A model generated the notes under the pieces. It was not told where the DNA came from. It saw only the letters and a list, made by a program, of their open reading frames with translations, and did no database searches. From positions 7,107-71,106 of IMG/VR virus record IMGVR_UViG_3300020045_001617: a stretch of DNA of 64,000 nucleotides. One strand, given 5' to 3'. Of this stretch, positions 1 to 9,583 are shown piece after piece; within the stretch, counting starts at the first letter, position 1, and every line of letters starts with the position of its first letter. The position numbers and the translations under genes were made by a program. This DNA is from a virus. Its lineage: Duplodnaviria; Caudoviricetes.

Positions 1-540
1 GCGAACAAGGCGGCTGTAATTGCAGCACTGGAAGCGGTCGGTGAAGAGAAGTGGGGCAACAAGGAAAAGTACAAGACCATCGCAAAGAAAGACCCCAAGC
101 GCGTCCAGTACCGCAAGGGCGACTACTTCACCGACAAGGACGACGTTCCGTACAAGGGATACGACGGTGCAATGGTTGTCCCCGGCTATGGTCCCGGTGG
201 TACCAAGAACCCGAAGCGTCCGGCAATCATGGACCGGAAGAAGAACTGGGTCTGGAATCCTGACAAAGGGGCTGAGAACGTCGGCAAGATTCTCGATGTC
301 TGCTACAGCGGCGTATACGCCGATGTTCGCGTCGAGTTTTACCCGGTGGACGGCGCTGACGCGGGCGGGGACGGCATCTTTTCTGCCATCCAGTTGATCC
401 GGTCGCGTCAGACCGGCGACAAGATGTCGGGCGGATACCGTGTTGACGACAGCGACGCGGATGAGTTCGAGGATCTGGAAGACGACCTCGAAGATGACGA
501 TGCAGCATCGTCAGACAGCGACGACGATCTGTTCGGCTGA
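1..540 (+). CDS. Single-stranded DNA-binding protein (DUF2815/Gp2.5-like), 5'-truncated by window edge
   Basis: Frame 1 is open from base 1. Long acidic C-terminal tail ending DDDLFG; lies directly upstream of the DNA polymerase as in Chi-like phages. Confidence 0.75.
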   Translation, partial: ANKAAVIAALEAVGEEKWGNKEKYKTIAKKDPKRVQYRKGDYFTDKDDVPYKGYDGAMVVPGYGPGGTKNPKRPAIMDRKKNWVWNPDKGAENVGKILDVCYSGVYADVRVEFYPVDGADAGGDGIFSAIQLIRSRQTGDKMSGGYRVDDSDADEFEDLEDDLEDDDAASSDSDDDLFG

Positions 541-568
541 ACGGACACCTGAATAGTCGTTTTCGTTG

Positions 569-608
569 GGCGGGGGTGGTTTTGGAAGGCTGCCCCCGCC
601 GCTTTTTA
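569..608 (+). terminator. Putative intrinsic terminator between SSB and polymerase
   Basis: GGCGGGGG...CCCCCGCC stem followed by a T-run (gcttttt). Confidence 0.55.
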
Positions 609-623
609 TGTCGTAGGATTGAT

Positions 624-2582
624 ATGCTAACCAAGGCCCAACTTCTCAGCTTCACCGGCCTTACGCCGCCCGATCCCGAAGCCGACAACGTCCTGATGAT
701 GGACATCGAAACCTACCAGAACTTCTTCTGTATCAGTTTCTACTGTCCGCGCCGTGACATTGTGAAATCGTTCTACCTGACACAGGATAGCGGTGAACTT
801 CCGTATGATCGCATCTACGCGATTATGAAGAAGAACACGATTGTCACGTTCAATGGGGCAAGTTACGATATTCCGATGCTGTATTACGCGCTGACTGGCG
901 CGAACAACCAGCAACTCATGGACGCTTCGAACTACATCATCACCAAGCGCGTGATGCCGTGGATATTCGCGCGTGAGAAGGGTTTCCGCATCCCAGACAT
1001 TGACCACATCGACATTATCGAAGTGGCACCCGGCATGGTCGGCCTGAAGTTATACGGCGCTCGGGCGATGTGCCCCAAGCTACAAGACCTCCCATATCCG
1101 GTTGGCGCGACTCTCACACCAGAGCAGATGCAGAACATCTTGGCCTACAACATAAACGACCTTCATGTCACTTATGCGCTTTACCTGAGCCTTATCGAGC
1201 AGATACGCCTGCGTGAAACGATGCAGCCGATGGCAGGCGTCGATCAATGGGGTCGCAAGGTTGACCTTCGCTCGAAGAAGGACGCGCAGATCGCGTCAGC
1301 AGTGCTTCGCTACCAGATGGAGCAGCGCGACGGCGTAGCGCCGCAGAAGCCTACCGACATCACGCCGGGGATGCGCTTCAAGTACGATGCGCCTGATATG
1401 CTGGTCTACGAGACGCCCGAGATGCAGCAGGTGCTTGCCGACGTGCTTGCCTCAGACTTCGAGGTTCCGCCAGACGGCAAGAAACTGATGCTGCCGAAAG
1501 CCTTGGAAGGCCGCGACGTTCGGATTGGCGACTGTGTTTATCGTATGGGCATTGGCGGTCTGCACTCCCAAGAGGAAAGTGTATCGCACATCGCTGACGA
1601 AGAAACGATGATCGTGGATCGAGATTTTGAATCTTTTTATCCGAATATGATGCTGAATTTCCACTGGTGCCCGAGACATTTAGGAAATGTATTCTTTGAA
1701 GTCTTTTCTGGTATTGTTGAGACACGACTAAAAGCAAAAGCCAATAAAGACATGGTTGTTGCAAATTCTCTCAAGGTGGTGGTCAACAGTACGTTCGGCT
1801 TGACCGGATCGAAGTATTCATTCCTCTACGACCCCAAGGTGATGATCCAAGTCACGCTGACCGGACAGTTGATCCTGCTTTATATGATCGAGCGCGCCCA
1901 TGTCGCGGGCATCAAGGTTGTGTCGGCAAACACGGACGGCGTGGTCGTCAAGATACACCCCGACCAGTACGACGCATGGAATGCGATCATCGCAGAAGTC
2001 GAGGAAAAGACGCGCATCAAGACTGAGGAGACTCGCTACAGCGCGCTCTATTCCCGCGATGTAAACAACTACATCGCCGTCAAGACGGACGGCAAGGTGA
2101 AGATGAAGGGTGCCTATTCGCAGACCGGTGTGCAGAAGAACCCCATGTTCGAAATCTGCAACAAGGCCGTGGTCGAATACATCACCAACGGAACACCGCT
2201 CGAAGACACGATTTCCGCCTGTGAAAACATCCGCCAGTTCGTCGGGGTTCGTACTGTGAAGGGTGGGGCGATCTACCGGGATGACGGTGACTATTTGGGC
2301 AAGGTCGTGCGCTGGTACTTTTCAAAGGGCAGTGACGGTTTCATTCGCACCGTCGATACTGGCGACCGTACCGGCAACTGGAAGACTGTTGCCAAGACTT
2401 CGGGCTGCAAGCCTCTCATGGATCTGCCAGAGGGTTTCCCAGATGACGTGGACATCGACCGGTACGTGCAGGAGGCGCGGGAGATTCTGATGGACATCAA
2501 CTGTGTTCAGCGACCCGACCCAGTGAAGCCCATCCGCCTGTATAAGTGGAGCGCGCCGCTGTTCTGGGCGTTGGCGGTATGA
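624..2582 (+). CDS. DNA polymerase, family B type, with N-terminal 3'-5' exonuclease
   Basis: Exo motifs DIETY and FNGASYD; polymerase motifs DFESFYP, KVVVNSTFG and ANTDG. ATG at 624 follows an AGGA RBS. Confidence 0.85.
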   Translation: MLTKAQLLSFTGLTPPDPEADNVLMMDIETYQNFFCISFYCPRRDIVKSFYLTQDSGELPYDRIYAIMKKNTIVTFNGASYDIPMLYYALTGANNQQLMDASNYIITKRVMPWIFAREKGFRIPDIDHIDIIEVAPGMVGLKLYGARAMCPKLQDLPYPVGATLTPEQMQNILAYNINDLHVTYALYLSLIEQIRLRETMQPMAGVDQWGRKVDLRSKKDAQIASAVLRYQMEQRDGVAPQKPTDITPGMRFKYDAPDMLVYETPEMQQVLADVLASDFEVPPDGKKLMLPKALEGRDVRIGDCVYRMGIGGLHSQEESVSHIADEETMIVDRDFESFYPNMMLNFHWCPRHLGNVFFEVFSGIVETRLKAKANKDMVVANSLKVVVNSTFGLTGSKYSFLYDPKVMIQVTLTGQLILLYMIERAHVAGIKVVSANTDGVVVKIHPDQYDAWNAIIAEVEEKTRIKTEETRYSALYSRDVNNYIAVKTDGKVKMKGAYSQTGVQKNPMFEICNKAVVEYITNGTPLEDTISACENIRQFVGVRTVKGGAIYRDDGDYLGKVVRWYFSKGSDGFIRTVDTGDRTGNWKTVAKTSGCKPLMDLPEGFPDDVDIDRYVQEAREILMDINCVQRPDPVKPIRLYKWSAPLFWALAV

Positions 2583-2911
2583 GCGCGGACGGCGAAGACT
2601 GGGATTTCCAGCCAAGTCGCAGCGAACGCGAAGCACCCATCGAAGACGACGTGGTAGCATTTGCGGAGAACAGAGGCTGGCTTGTTCGCAAGATGCAGTA
2701 TCCGGGTCGCAGAGGCTGTCCTGACAGGTTCTTCTGGAAGTCTGGTAAACTGGTCATCATGGAACTAAAGCGGCAGAACAAGAAGCGCGCAGACCCGACA
2801 CAGGTTCGCGAGCATGAGCGATACGCAGCAGCCGGTTGGACGGTCCACATCGTGAATGACCGCGACCAAGCTGCGCGGCTACTCGGATACGAGAGGTATG
2901 AGCGTGACTGA
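2579..2911 (+). CDS. VRR-NUC domain nuclease
   Basis: E..IE...V.FA..RGW.V.K...PG.RG.PDR....G....MELK pattern; ATGA overlap with the polymerase stop. Confidence 0.85.
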   Translation: MSADGEDWDFQPSRSEREAPIEDDVVAFAENRGWLVRKMQYPGRRGCPDRFFWKSGKLVIMELKRQNKKRADPTQVREHERYAAAGWTVHIVNDRDQAARLLGYERYERD

Positions 2912-3440
2912 ACCTTCAATCGACATTATAAATGCAAGTTTCGAATACGATCCCGACACAGGGGTCATAACATGGAAAGACCGCCCTTGGGTTCGTCCTT
3001 GTGTGAATGCGCGTGTCAGGGGTACGCCCGCTGGTGCAAAGACCGATAACTATAATCGGATCGCCGTGGTGATTGACGGCAAAACCCGTTACCTCTTCGG
3101 TCACCGCATTGCATGGATGCTTTACTACGGTGAGTGGCCAGATGGTGAAATCGATCACAAAGACGGAGATGGGAACAATAATCGTATAGCAAATCTGAGA
3201 AGGGCAGACTCTCAGAAAAATAAGTTCAATCGCGCTACAAAACTCGGTGCGACACCATTAAAAGGTGTCCATCTGGATAAGCGTAGAGGTGTTTATCGCT
3301 CTTCCATAATGGTTGACCGAAAGCCAATCTACCTCGGCACATTCGAAGATCCAATTCTTGCAGCAAGGGCGTATGATCGGGCTGCGAATCACTATTTTGG
3401 TGAGTATGCGAGAACTAACGAGATGTTGGGACTTCTATGA
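2898..3440 (+). CDS. HNH homing endonuclease with C-terminal AP2-like domain
   Basis: HRIAW...IDHKDGDGNNNRIANLR core; KGVH...YLGTF.....AARAYDRAA AP2-like tail. Confidence 0.9.
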   Translation: MSVTEPSIDIINASFEYDPDTGVITWKDRPWVRPCVNARVRGTPAGAKTDNYNRIAVVIDGKTRYLFGHRIAWMLYYGEWPDGEIDHKDGDGNNNRIANLRRADSQKNKFNRATKLGATPLKGVHLDKRRGVYRSSIMVDRKPIYLGTFEDPILAARAYDRAANHYFGEYARTNEMLGLL

Positions 3441-4870
3441 CTAATCTACGCCCCCGCTCCATGCTGCGTGACCAGCAGCAGTTCATCGTTGAGCAGATCA
3501 AAGAAAAGGAAGCAGTGTTGATCGTCAGCGCCATGGGTTCCGGTAAGAGCGGGGCTACGTTGACGGCAATGATTGACATGCTCGAAACTGGTGAGGTTAA
3601 GCGCTGGTTGGTCATTGCACCGCTTCGCGTAGCTAATACGACTTGGCCAGACGAAATCGCCATCTGGGAGCATTCGCAGAAGGTGTCGTTCGCTGTCTGT
3701 GTCGGCGCACCAGAGGCTCGCCGTTACGCGCTGCGCAAGAACGCACAGATCACGATGGTCAACCGCGAGGTTCTAACATGGCTGGCAAAGGAACTCGGTA
3801 GCGTCGAGAACTGGCCGTGGGATGGTTTGTGCATTGACGAATCGAGCATGTTCAAAGCCGCAAAGCGACGCACCAGCAAAGTCAAGCGGAAGCGCGCAGA
3901 CGGCACCACCGTCGTCAGCAAAGGCGGCAAGCAGACAGCGTTCGGAGTCCTTGCCACAGCGCGAAAGAAGATCAACCGCGTCGTGTTGCTGACCGGCACC
4001 CCCGGCGAACTGATCGACCTGTACGGCCAGATTTATTTGATCGACCGTGGCGAGCGACTGGGTGCCACGATGGAGGACTTCAAGGCACGATGGTTCGACG
4101 AAAACCAGTACAGCCGGGAAATCAAACCCCGCTCCTACGCGCATGACGACATCGTGGGTCGGATTGGCGATGTCATGGTGTCGCTGCCCGCGCTACAACT
4201 GGTCGAACCGCCAGTCCACATCTCCGTCAATGTGAAACTCGACGATGCAACGATGGTCGAATACAACCGCTTCCGGCGAACACTGGTTAGCGATCTGCAC
4301 GACGTGGAAGCTGTCAATGCCGGGGTGCTGACGAATAAGTTGCTCCAATGGGCCTCCGGGTCATGTTACAGAGACGACCGCTCCGTTGCTGCGGTTCACA
4401 GCGCGAAGTTTGACGCGCTGGACGAACTGATCGAACAGGCAAACGGTGAACCTGTCCTCATCTTCTACGGCTTCCAGCACTCACTGGCCGAAATCCTCAA
4501 GCGACACCCCGACGCCGTAGTCTTCAACCAGTCACCCACCGCCATCAAGGACTGGAACGAAGGCCGCATCAAGATACTACTGATGCACCCGAAGTCAGGT
4601 GGTCACGGCACAAACCTACAATACGGCGGACACATCGCAATCTGGTTCGATCTGACATGGAGTCTGGAACTCTACCTTCAGGCCAACGCGCGACTGCCGC
4701 GACCGGGCCAGAAGAACATTGTCGCGATCTACAAGATCCTCGCAGAAGGGACCGTGGACGACCGCGTAGTGTCGGCGCTGGACAGCAAAGAGACGAATCA
4801 GAAGGCGATTATCGAGGCGGTGGAAGCCGAAATCGTCAAGGACTTCGACTTCGAGGCGATGTTCAGTTGA
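3437..4870 (+). CDS. SNF2-family helicase
   Basis: Walker A MGSGKS, DESS, LLTGTP, GHGTNLQ and QANARLPRPGQ motifs. Confidence 0.9.
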   Translation: MTNLRPRSMLRDQQQFIVEQIKEKEAVLIVSAMGSGKSGATLTAMIDMLETGEVKRWLVIAPLRVANTTWPDEIAIWEHSQKVSFAVCVGAPEARRYALRKNAQITMVNREVLTWLAKELGSVENWPWDGLCIDESSMFKAAKRRTSKVKRKRADGTTVVSKGGKQTAFGVLATARKKINRVVLLTGTPGELIDLYGQIYLIDRGERLGATMEDFKARWFDENQYSREIKPRSYAHDDIVGRIGDVMVSLPALQLVEPPVHISVNVKLDDATMVEYNRFRRTLVSDLHDVEAVNAGVLTNKLLQWASGSCYRDDRSVAAVHSAKFDALDELIEQANGEPVLIFYGFQHSLAEILKRHPDAVVFNQSPTAIKDWNEGRIKILLMHPKSGGHGTNLQYGGHIAIWFDLTWSLELYLQANARLPRPGQKNIVAIYKILAEGTVDDRVVSALDSKETNQKAIIEAVEAEIVKDFDFEAMFS

Positions 4871-4878
4871 AAAGCGTT

Positions 4879-4920
4879 TCAACAAAGACTTGACAATCCA
4901 CGACTCGTCCTTCAGATAGA
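4879..4920 (+). promoter_or_regulatory. Sigma70-type promoter of the repressor, overlapped by a putative operator
   Basis: TTGACA at 4890-4895, overlapped by TCAAC-N5-CTTGA (4879-4893); CGACTCG at 4901-4907. Confidence 0.5.
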
Positions 4921-4955
4921 CGGTGGGGTATGAATGAGAATGAGGAAGCGTCGTC

Positions 4956-5642
4956 ATGGCACTTGCACGGAAAACCAACCCTACCGTTACACCTGAACGC
5001 ATCATCCGCGATCCCGAGTTCGCCAAGCGACTGGACAATGCGTGTAACGCCAATGGGCACTGCCCGCCACTCCACAAAGGCCGGTTGACGTGGGTTCAGG
5101 CAGAACTGAAGCGTCATTTCAAGGAAAAGATCAGCGTCGAGACGGTGCGGAAGTGGTTCGCAGGCGAGGCAAAGCCCCGTCCCGAGAAGGTCGCGATGCT
5201 GGCAGAACTGCTTCAGGTGGACATTTCGTGGCTGTCGCTGGGTGTCGATAAGGGCATGGCACCGCGTGAACTGAAGGCCCGTGGCCGTGAAATCGACGGT
5301 GCGGTGAACATCGTAGCGGGACTGGTCGAGATGGACGGCGGACACGCAGCGTTCGCTACCGAAGCAGACCAGAAGCGCGGTGTCGATCTTCACGCAATCA
5401 TCAAGGGCGCGAAGTATGACTTCCATGTGGTTGTACCAGAAGAAGGCGTTTACCGTGTTCCGGCCAAGCGCGAGGGCATCGTAGTGCTGGGCTTGCTGAA
5501 GAAGGGCATGGGTATCGAGGTCACCGAGATTCCTGAAGACGTTATCGACCGTGCCGGGACAAACCGGGGCGGGGTGGTCGAGGTCAAGGTTTCGGCGCGA
5601 GGGTTGAAGAGAGTCGAAGGGTTTGCACAGCGACTAGGTTGA
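4956..5642 (+). CDS. XRE-family HTH transcriptional regulator (candidate immunity repressor)
   Basis: HTH segment SVETVRKWFAGEAKPRPEKVAMLAELLQVDISWLSLG; own promoter; near the integrase. Confidence 0.75.
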   Translation: MALARKTNPTVTPERIIRDPEFAKRLDNACNANGHCPPLHKGRLTWVQAELKRHFKEKISVETVRKWFAGEAKPRPEKVAMLAELLQVDISWLSLGVDKGMAPRELKARGREIDGAVNIVAGLVEMDGGHAAFATEADQKRGVDLHAIIKGAKYDFHVVVPEEGVYRVPAKREGIVVLGLLKKGMGIEVTEIPEDVIDRAGTNRGGVVEVKVSARGLKRVEGFAQRLG

Positions 5643-5644
5643 AC

Positions 5645-5665
5645 TGTCAACAATAAAGTGATAGG
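5645..5665 (+). promoter_or_regulatory. Putative late-promoter motif TGTCAA-N7-GTGATAGG (copy 1)
   Basis: Same motif and spacing at 14628-14648 and 33671-33691, each ahead of virion genes. Confidence 0.55.
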
Positions 5666-5701
5666 TGCTTTGGCAGGTTTCATTCTGCCAAGGTGCCGTG
5701 T

Positions 5702-7324
5702 ATGCCAACATCTGCCGAGTTTCAGGCCGGTCTCGAAAAGGCCGTTGTCAACATGGACCGGCTCGATGGCTTTCTGAATGGCACGTCTGGCGGATCGGTC
5801 GTAACTGACAATGGGACGCTACCGAACCTACCAACCCTTGTCAGCGGCATCGGCGGAACGGCGAGTGCGTCAATCGCATTCTCCCATGCTTCCAGTTATC
5901 CAATCGGCAGCGTTGGCGCAGCGGTTGCGAGTATCGTTGGTGTCAAGAATGCACCGTACAACGCTGTCGGCGACGGTGTTACAGATGACACGGTGGCGCT
6001 TCAGAACGCGCTTGATACAGGGAAGCCGATTTTCATCCCTCCGGGTGTTTACAAACTGACGGCCAAGCTGACTTCCACCGGAAAAGCCGTATCAATTTAC
6101 ACGGCAGGCGGGGTTACGCTTAAGTGGGTTGCGGCATCCACAACACAGGGTCTGGACTTCACGTTCTCCAACCTGACGACGCACACACTTTCGATTGGTG
6201 ATATTGAACTGGTCACTGAGAAGGAGGGCGGCGGGACTGCGATCAAGGCGGCTTGGCCCACAGGTGCAAGCGGGTTCAATCGACTGTGGCAGTTGGGTAA
6301 GATCCGCGTCCGTGGCTCTGATATTGTTGGGCAGGTTGGATATTGGGACTACGGCCTCGACACCACTAACGGGTGGCTTGGTTTCTGCGACACGCTGGAC
6401 TTTTACGGCAAGGGTTCCGGCGTCACGCCACTATCGACTGCGGCATGGGCGGCGCGGGGGACTTCGACCGATAGCCGGGTTCATATCCGCGCGCGATACG
6501 CCAAGTCCATGTTGCTAATCGCTGGGTTCTCGGAAGGTCTGGACATTTCCGGGTCGTTCGCTGTGGCCTGCGATTATGGCGTCGATTGTACCGGTACGAC
6601 CGGTCTCAACACTCCGGGTTTTGTCTGGATCGGCGGGCACGCAGCTTGCTTCAAGGGCGGCATTCGTGCGGTCAATATCCTGCAAGGCAATGTCTCGGAC
6701 CTGCTGGTCTACAAGCGGACCGACAGCGCTCAGAATTTCATCGGATTCGACTTCGATAGCGCTTCGTCGGAGTGGCAGGTTTCCGACTGCAAGGTCTTCA
6801 GCCTCGGCAATCCCGGTGGCGGCAATACAACCGCCCTCAAGGACGCAGGTGTAAACAATAGTTCAACCAACGTCCGCACTGTAGGCTGTGATGTGGATGT
6901 GAACATCGTCAGCGGCGCTTCAGGTTTTAACCACACCTTTAGCCGGTCTCAAGGTGATCGGGGTGTAATCACGCAGGGGGATACGGATGGGCAGGTGATC
7001 TGTCTCCCCGGTGGATCACTTGGCGGCACAACCAGTTACTTTGACGTGTTGACTGCGAACAGTGCCACGCCTTCCATCCTCGGCTACCGCAAGTGGGGGT
7101 CGTGTGGACACATCCTGACGGCCAATTCGTCAGCCACAACTATTACAAATTTCACCGGAGGTTTCCCCGGCGATGAATTTGTTTTGCAGGCCAACGATGC
7201 GAACACGACTGTACAGCATAATGCAGGATTGCAACTTAACGGGGCTGCCAACAAGGTTATGGCGAGCGCCGAAACCATCCGTCTTCGCAGGGTCTCATCG
7301 ACCGCGTGGAAGCAAATCGGTTAA
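5702..7324 (+). CDS. Tailspike/fibre-like protein, pectate-lyase-like beta-helix (putative depolymerase 1)
   Basis: YNAVGDGVTDDTVALQNALDTGKPIFIPPGVY is a typical beta-helix entry motif; Gly/Ser/Thr-rich; N-terminus similar to the next gene. Confidence 0.75.
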   Translation: MPTSAEFQAGLEKAVVNMDRLDGFLNGTSGGSVVTDNGTLPNLPTLVSGIGGTASASIAFSHASSYPIGSVGAAVASIVGVKNAPYNAVGDGVTDDTVALQNALDTGKPIFIPPGVYKLTAKLTSTGKAVSIYTAGGVTLKWVAASTTQGLDFTFSNLTTHTLSIGDIELVTEKEGGGTAIKAAWPTGASGFNRLWQLGKIRVRGSDIVGQVGYWDYGLDTTNGWLGFCDTLDFYGKGSGVTPLSTAAWAARGTSTDSRVHIRARYAKSMLLIAGFSEGLDISGSFAVACDYGVDCTGTTGLNTPGFVWIGGHAACFKGGIRAVNILQGNVSDLLVYKRTDSAQNFIGFDFDSASSEWQVSDCKVFSLGNPGGGNTTALKDAGVNNSSTNVRTVGCDVDVNIVSGASGFNHTFSRSQGDRGVITQGDTDGQVICLPGGSLGGTTSYFDVLTANSATPSILGYRKWGSCGHILTANSSATTITNFTGGFPGDEFVLQANDANTTVQHNAGLQLNGAANKVMASAETIRLRRVSSTAWKQIG

Positions 7325-7333
7325 GGACACACA

Positions 7334-9319
7334 ATGACGACACCAACAGAGATGCAGGCGAAGGTCGATAAGACGGTCACGAACATGGACCGCATCGACG
7401 ACTTCGTGAACGGTGGTCCGACAGAAGACGTGGTGCTGGATGGGGCGACTGTGGTCCCGTCGATTCAGAAGATGGTTGCTGAAAGCGGTTTGGCGTCGGG
7501 GAGCGCTGCTGCTGCGGGGGAAAGTGCAACTGCTGCATCTGAATCTGCCACCCTCGCCCAAGCATGGGCATCAGGCACCGTACCGGGCGGGCCGGGGACG
7601 AAGAGCGCGCTGGAATGGGCGGGGGAGGCTGGTGTTAACGCTGCATCGGCAGAAGCAGCATCCGGCCCAACCTACGCCAGCACGGCAGCAGGCATTGCGG
7701 CCACCACGGATGGGCAGTCCTTCGCGGTCGATAACGGCGATGGCACGGTCACGATTTACCGGAACACTGCCGGGGCCGCCGTAGCGCAGCGGACCTTGGC
7801 GACAACGGGCTACCTCGCCATGTGGGGGATAAATGCGCAAGGACTAGACGCTACCGGGGCAACCAACATCAGCGCAGCCCTGCAAGCCTTGATTGGTGTT
7901 TATCCGGTCATCTATCTGCCAGCGGGCACGTTCTACGCAGCGATCAACGTGACATCTCCGACCGTCATCGTAGGCGCTGGTCGCGACGAGACGATCCTGA
8001 CCACGGAGGCACTGACCAACGGAACCACGGTCACGGTCAATGCGGATCTGGAATTGCGCAATTTGACTGTGAAAGGTCACCCGACGAACGCCAGCAGCAA
8101 GACGATTTCCCATGCTGGTGCCTACACGGTCCGCGCGCGCAACGTATTGTTTACGGGCACTAACCATGATCCCAGCGTTGGATTGAGCGCAGGCGGAACC
8201 TACATCGATTGTCAGTTCCACACGACGGTTCAACCTGCGGGCCTTGGTGCGCGTTGCTTCTCGGCCCTTGCGGTCTTCACTGGTTGCAACTTCACTGGCG
8301 CGCGGACTGTTGAGGCGCGGGATAGCAAGTTCTTTTCCTGCAACATTGGAGATACCACGACGGTCAGTGCAGTCCATATTCCGGACGGAGCTACATCCAA
8401 TGACGGTTCTGCCACCGGGTACAGTGGTATATCTGAATACTGGTATTGCAATATCACAGCAGCCGGTACGGGCATAACTGAGGGCAACGAAGGTAAAGCC
8501 AAACTGCGCTTCTGCACAGTGCGCGCCGGACTCTCGCTCACGGGAAATGCAGGTCTTTACGCACGCTCCAAATCGACCTTCGACATCCAAGATTGCGATA
8601 TTTCGAGCGCCAGTAATGGCACTGCCGTTTCATTCGCGAAAACGGTTGGGCAAGCCGCTGGTATCGGTCCGAGCGGTGTCAGTGTCATCAAGCGGACGCG
8701 GATCGAAGGGGCTTTTAACGCGCTGGCCATACCGACGCTTTCGGATACTTATCCAGCAAGCGTAGGTAACGTGCGTATCGTTGATTGCGAAATCATTGGT
8801 GGCGATACCAAGATCAGCCCTAACACATCGACATACCATGTGTTCGAAACCGAGCGCGTGACCAGCTACTCTAGCACTGCGGTCTATACGGCTGACGCAG
8901 AGACACAGCGCATCCGGTTCCGATCCAATAATCAGAGTGTCGTGGTGTATGGCTCCGACGCGGCCAAGACGGGATGCAGACTCTCCCATCTGGACGCAGT
9001 GACCGGGCTACCATTGCCAGATGGTATGCAAATCACGCTGCGGTACGGCGGTACGTCAAACAGGTTCGTGACATTTTCGAGCGGAGCTACAGCTGACGGC
9101 GGCACAATGTACTTTGCCGATGGGGTTTCTGCTCTGACGACATCGCAGTTCGGTGCATATCAGTTTAGGCTTGTGGGCACCTCTTGGCGTCAGATTGACG
9201 GCAGTTCTGGTCCGGCTGCTACCATTGCCAACCTCGCGGGCGGCGCTGACCTACCCACGACCGTTACCACAGTGAACACGATTCTCGCGGCGTTGCGGAC
9301 ATCTGGGGTGATCATCTGA
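7334..9319 (+). CDS. Tailspike/fibre-like protein, beta-helix (putative depolymerase 2)
   Basis: LDATGATNISAALQAL....VIYLPAGTF motif; Ala-rich linker; fibre-type C-terminus VNTILAALRTSGVII. Confidence 0.75.
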   Translation: MTTPTEMQAKVDKTVTNMDRIDDFVNGGPTEDVVLDGATVVPSIQKMVAESGLASGSAAAAGESATAASESATLAQAWASGTVPGGPGTKSALEWAGEAGVNAASAEAASGPTYASTAAGIAATTDGQSFAVDNGDGTVTIYRNTAGAAVAQRTLATTGYLAMWGINAQGLDATGATNISAALQALIGVYPVIYLPAGTFYAAINVTSPTVIVGAGRDETILTTEALTNGTTVTVNADLELRNLTVKGHPTNASSKTISHAGAYTVRARNVLFTGTNHDPSVGLSAGGTYIDCQFHTTVQPAGLGARCFSALAVFTGCNFTGARTVEARDSKFFSCNIGDTTTVSAVHIPDGATSNDGSATGYSGISEYWYCNITAAGTGITEGNEGKAKLRFCTVRAGLSLTGNAGLYARSKSTFDIQDCDISSASNGTAVSFAKTVGQAAGIGPSGVSVIKRTRIEGAFNALAIPTLSDTYPASVGNVRIVDCEIIGGDTKISPNTSTYHVFETERVTSYSSTAVYTADAETQRIRFRSNNQSVVVYGSDAAKTGCRLSHLDAVTGLPLPDGMQITLRYGGTSNRFVTFSSGATADGGTMYFADGVSALTTSQFGAYQFRLVGTSWRQIDGSSGPAATIANLAGGADLPTTVTTVNTILAALRTSGVII

Positions 9320-9420
9320 TGACTGACGGCAACGCAGCACAGACGCGCGTGATCTTCAGACAAAAGCGGTCTCACAGCGGTCCAGAGACTAAAATCATAA
9401 CAAAATCAACGTCGTAACGC

Positions 9421-9437
9421 TCCCTCTCCCGCTACCA
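9421..9437 (+). mobile_element. Putative attP core (3' end of a tRNA, probably tRNA-Met(CAT) type)
   Basis: TCCCTCTCCCGCTACCA reads as T-arm 3' side + acceptor strand + CCA; lies ~150 bp upstream of the integrase. Confidence 0.65.
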
Positions 9438-9465
9438 GACACTGTCCACAGCAGTCCCACCGAAG

Positions 9466-9493
9466 CCCAGCACCCTTGAATGTGCTGGGTTTT
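9466..9493 (+). terminator. Intrinsic terminator downstream of the att core
   Basis: CCCAGCAC-8nt-GTGCTGGG followed by TTTT. Confidence 0.6.
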
Positions 9494-9583
9494 GTGTGTC
9501 AGGGTGTCCCAGCGCGTCCCACCAGTCTGCGGTCCCAGTGCGGTCCAGACCCTAAAACCGGGACCGCAGCAAAGTGAGGGACG

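Larger units (their letters stand above)
9366..9567. repeat. Putative integrase arm-binding repeats GCGGTC(C/T)
   Basis: Tandem pairs spaced 11 bp at 9366/9377 and 9529/9540, plus an inverted copy at 9561-9567, flanking the att core. Confidence 0.55.

Noticed and set aside
9400-9440. Complete tRNA gene
   Set aside because: Only the last ~17 nt resemble a tRNA; upstream sequence cannot form D or anticodon arms. No full tRNA was recognised in the window.
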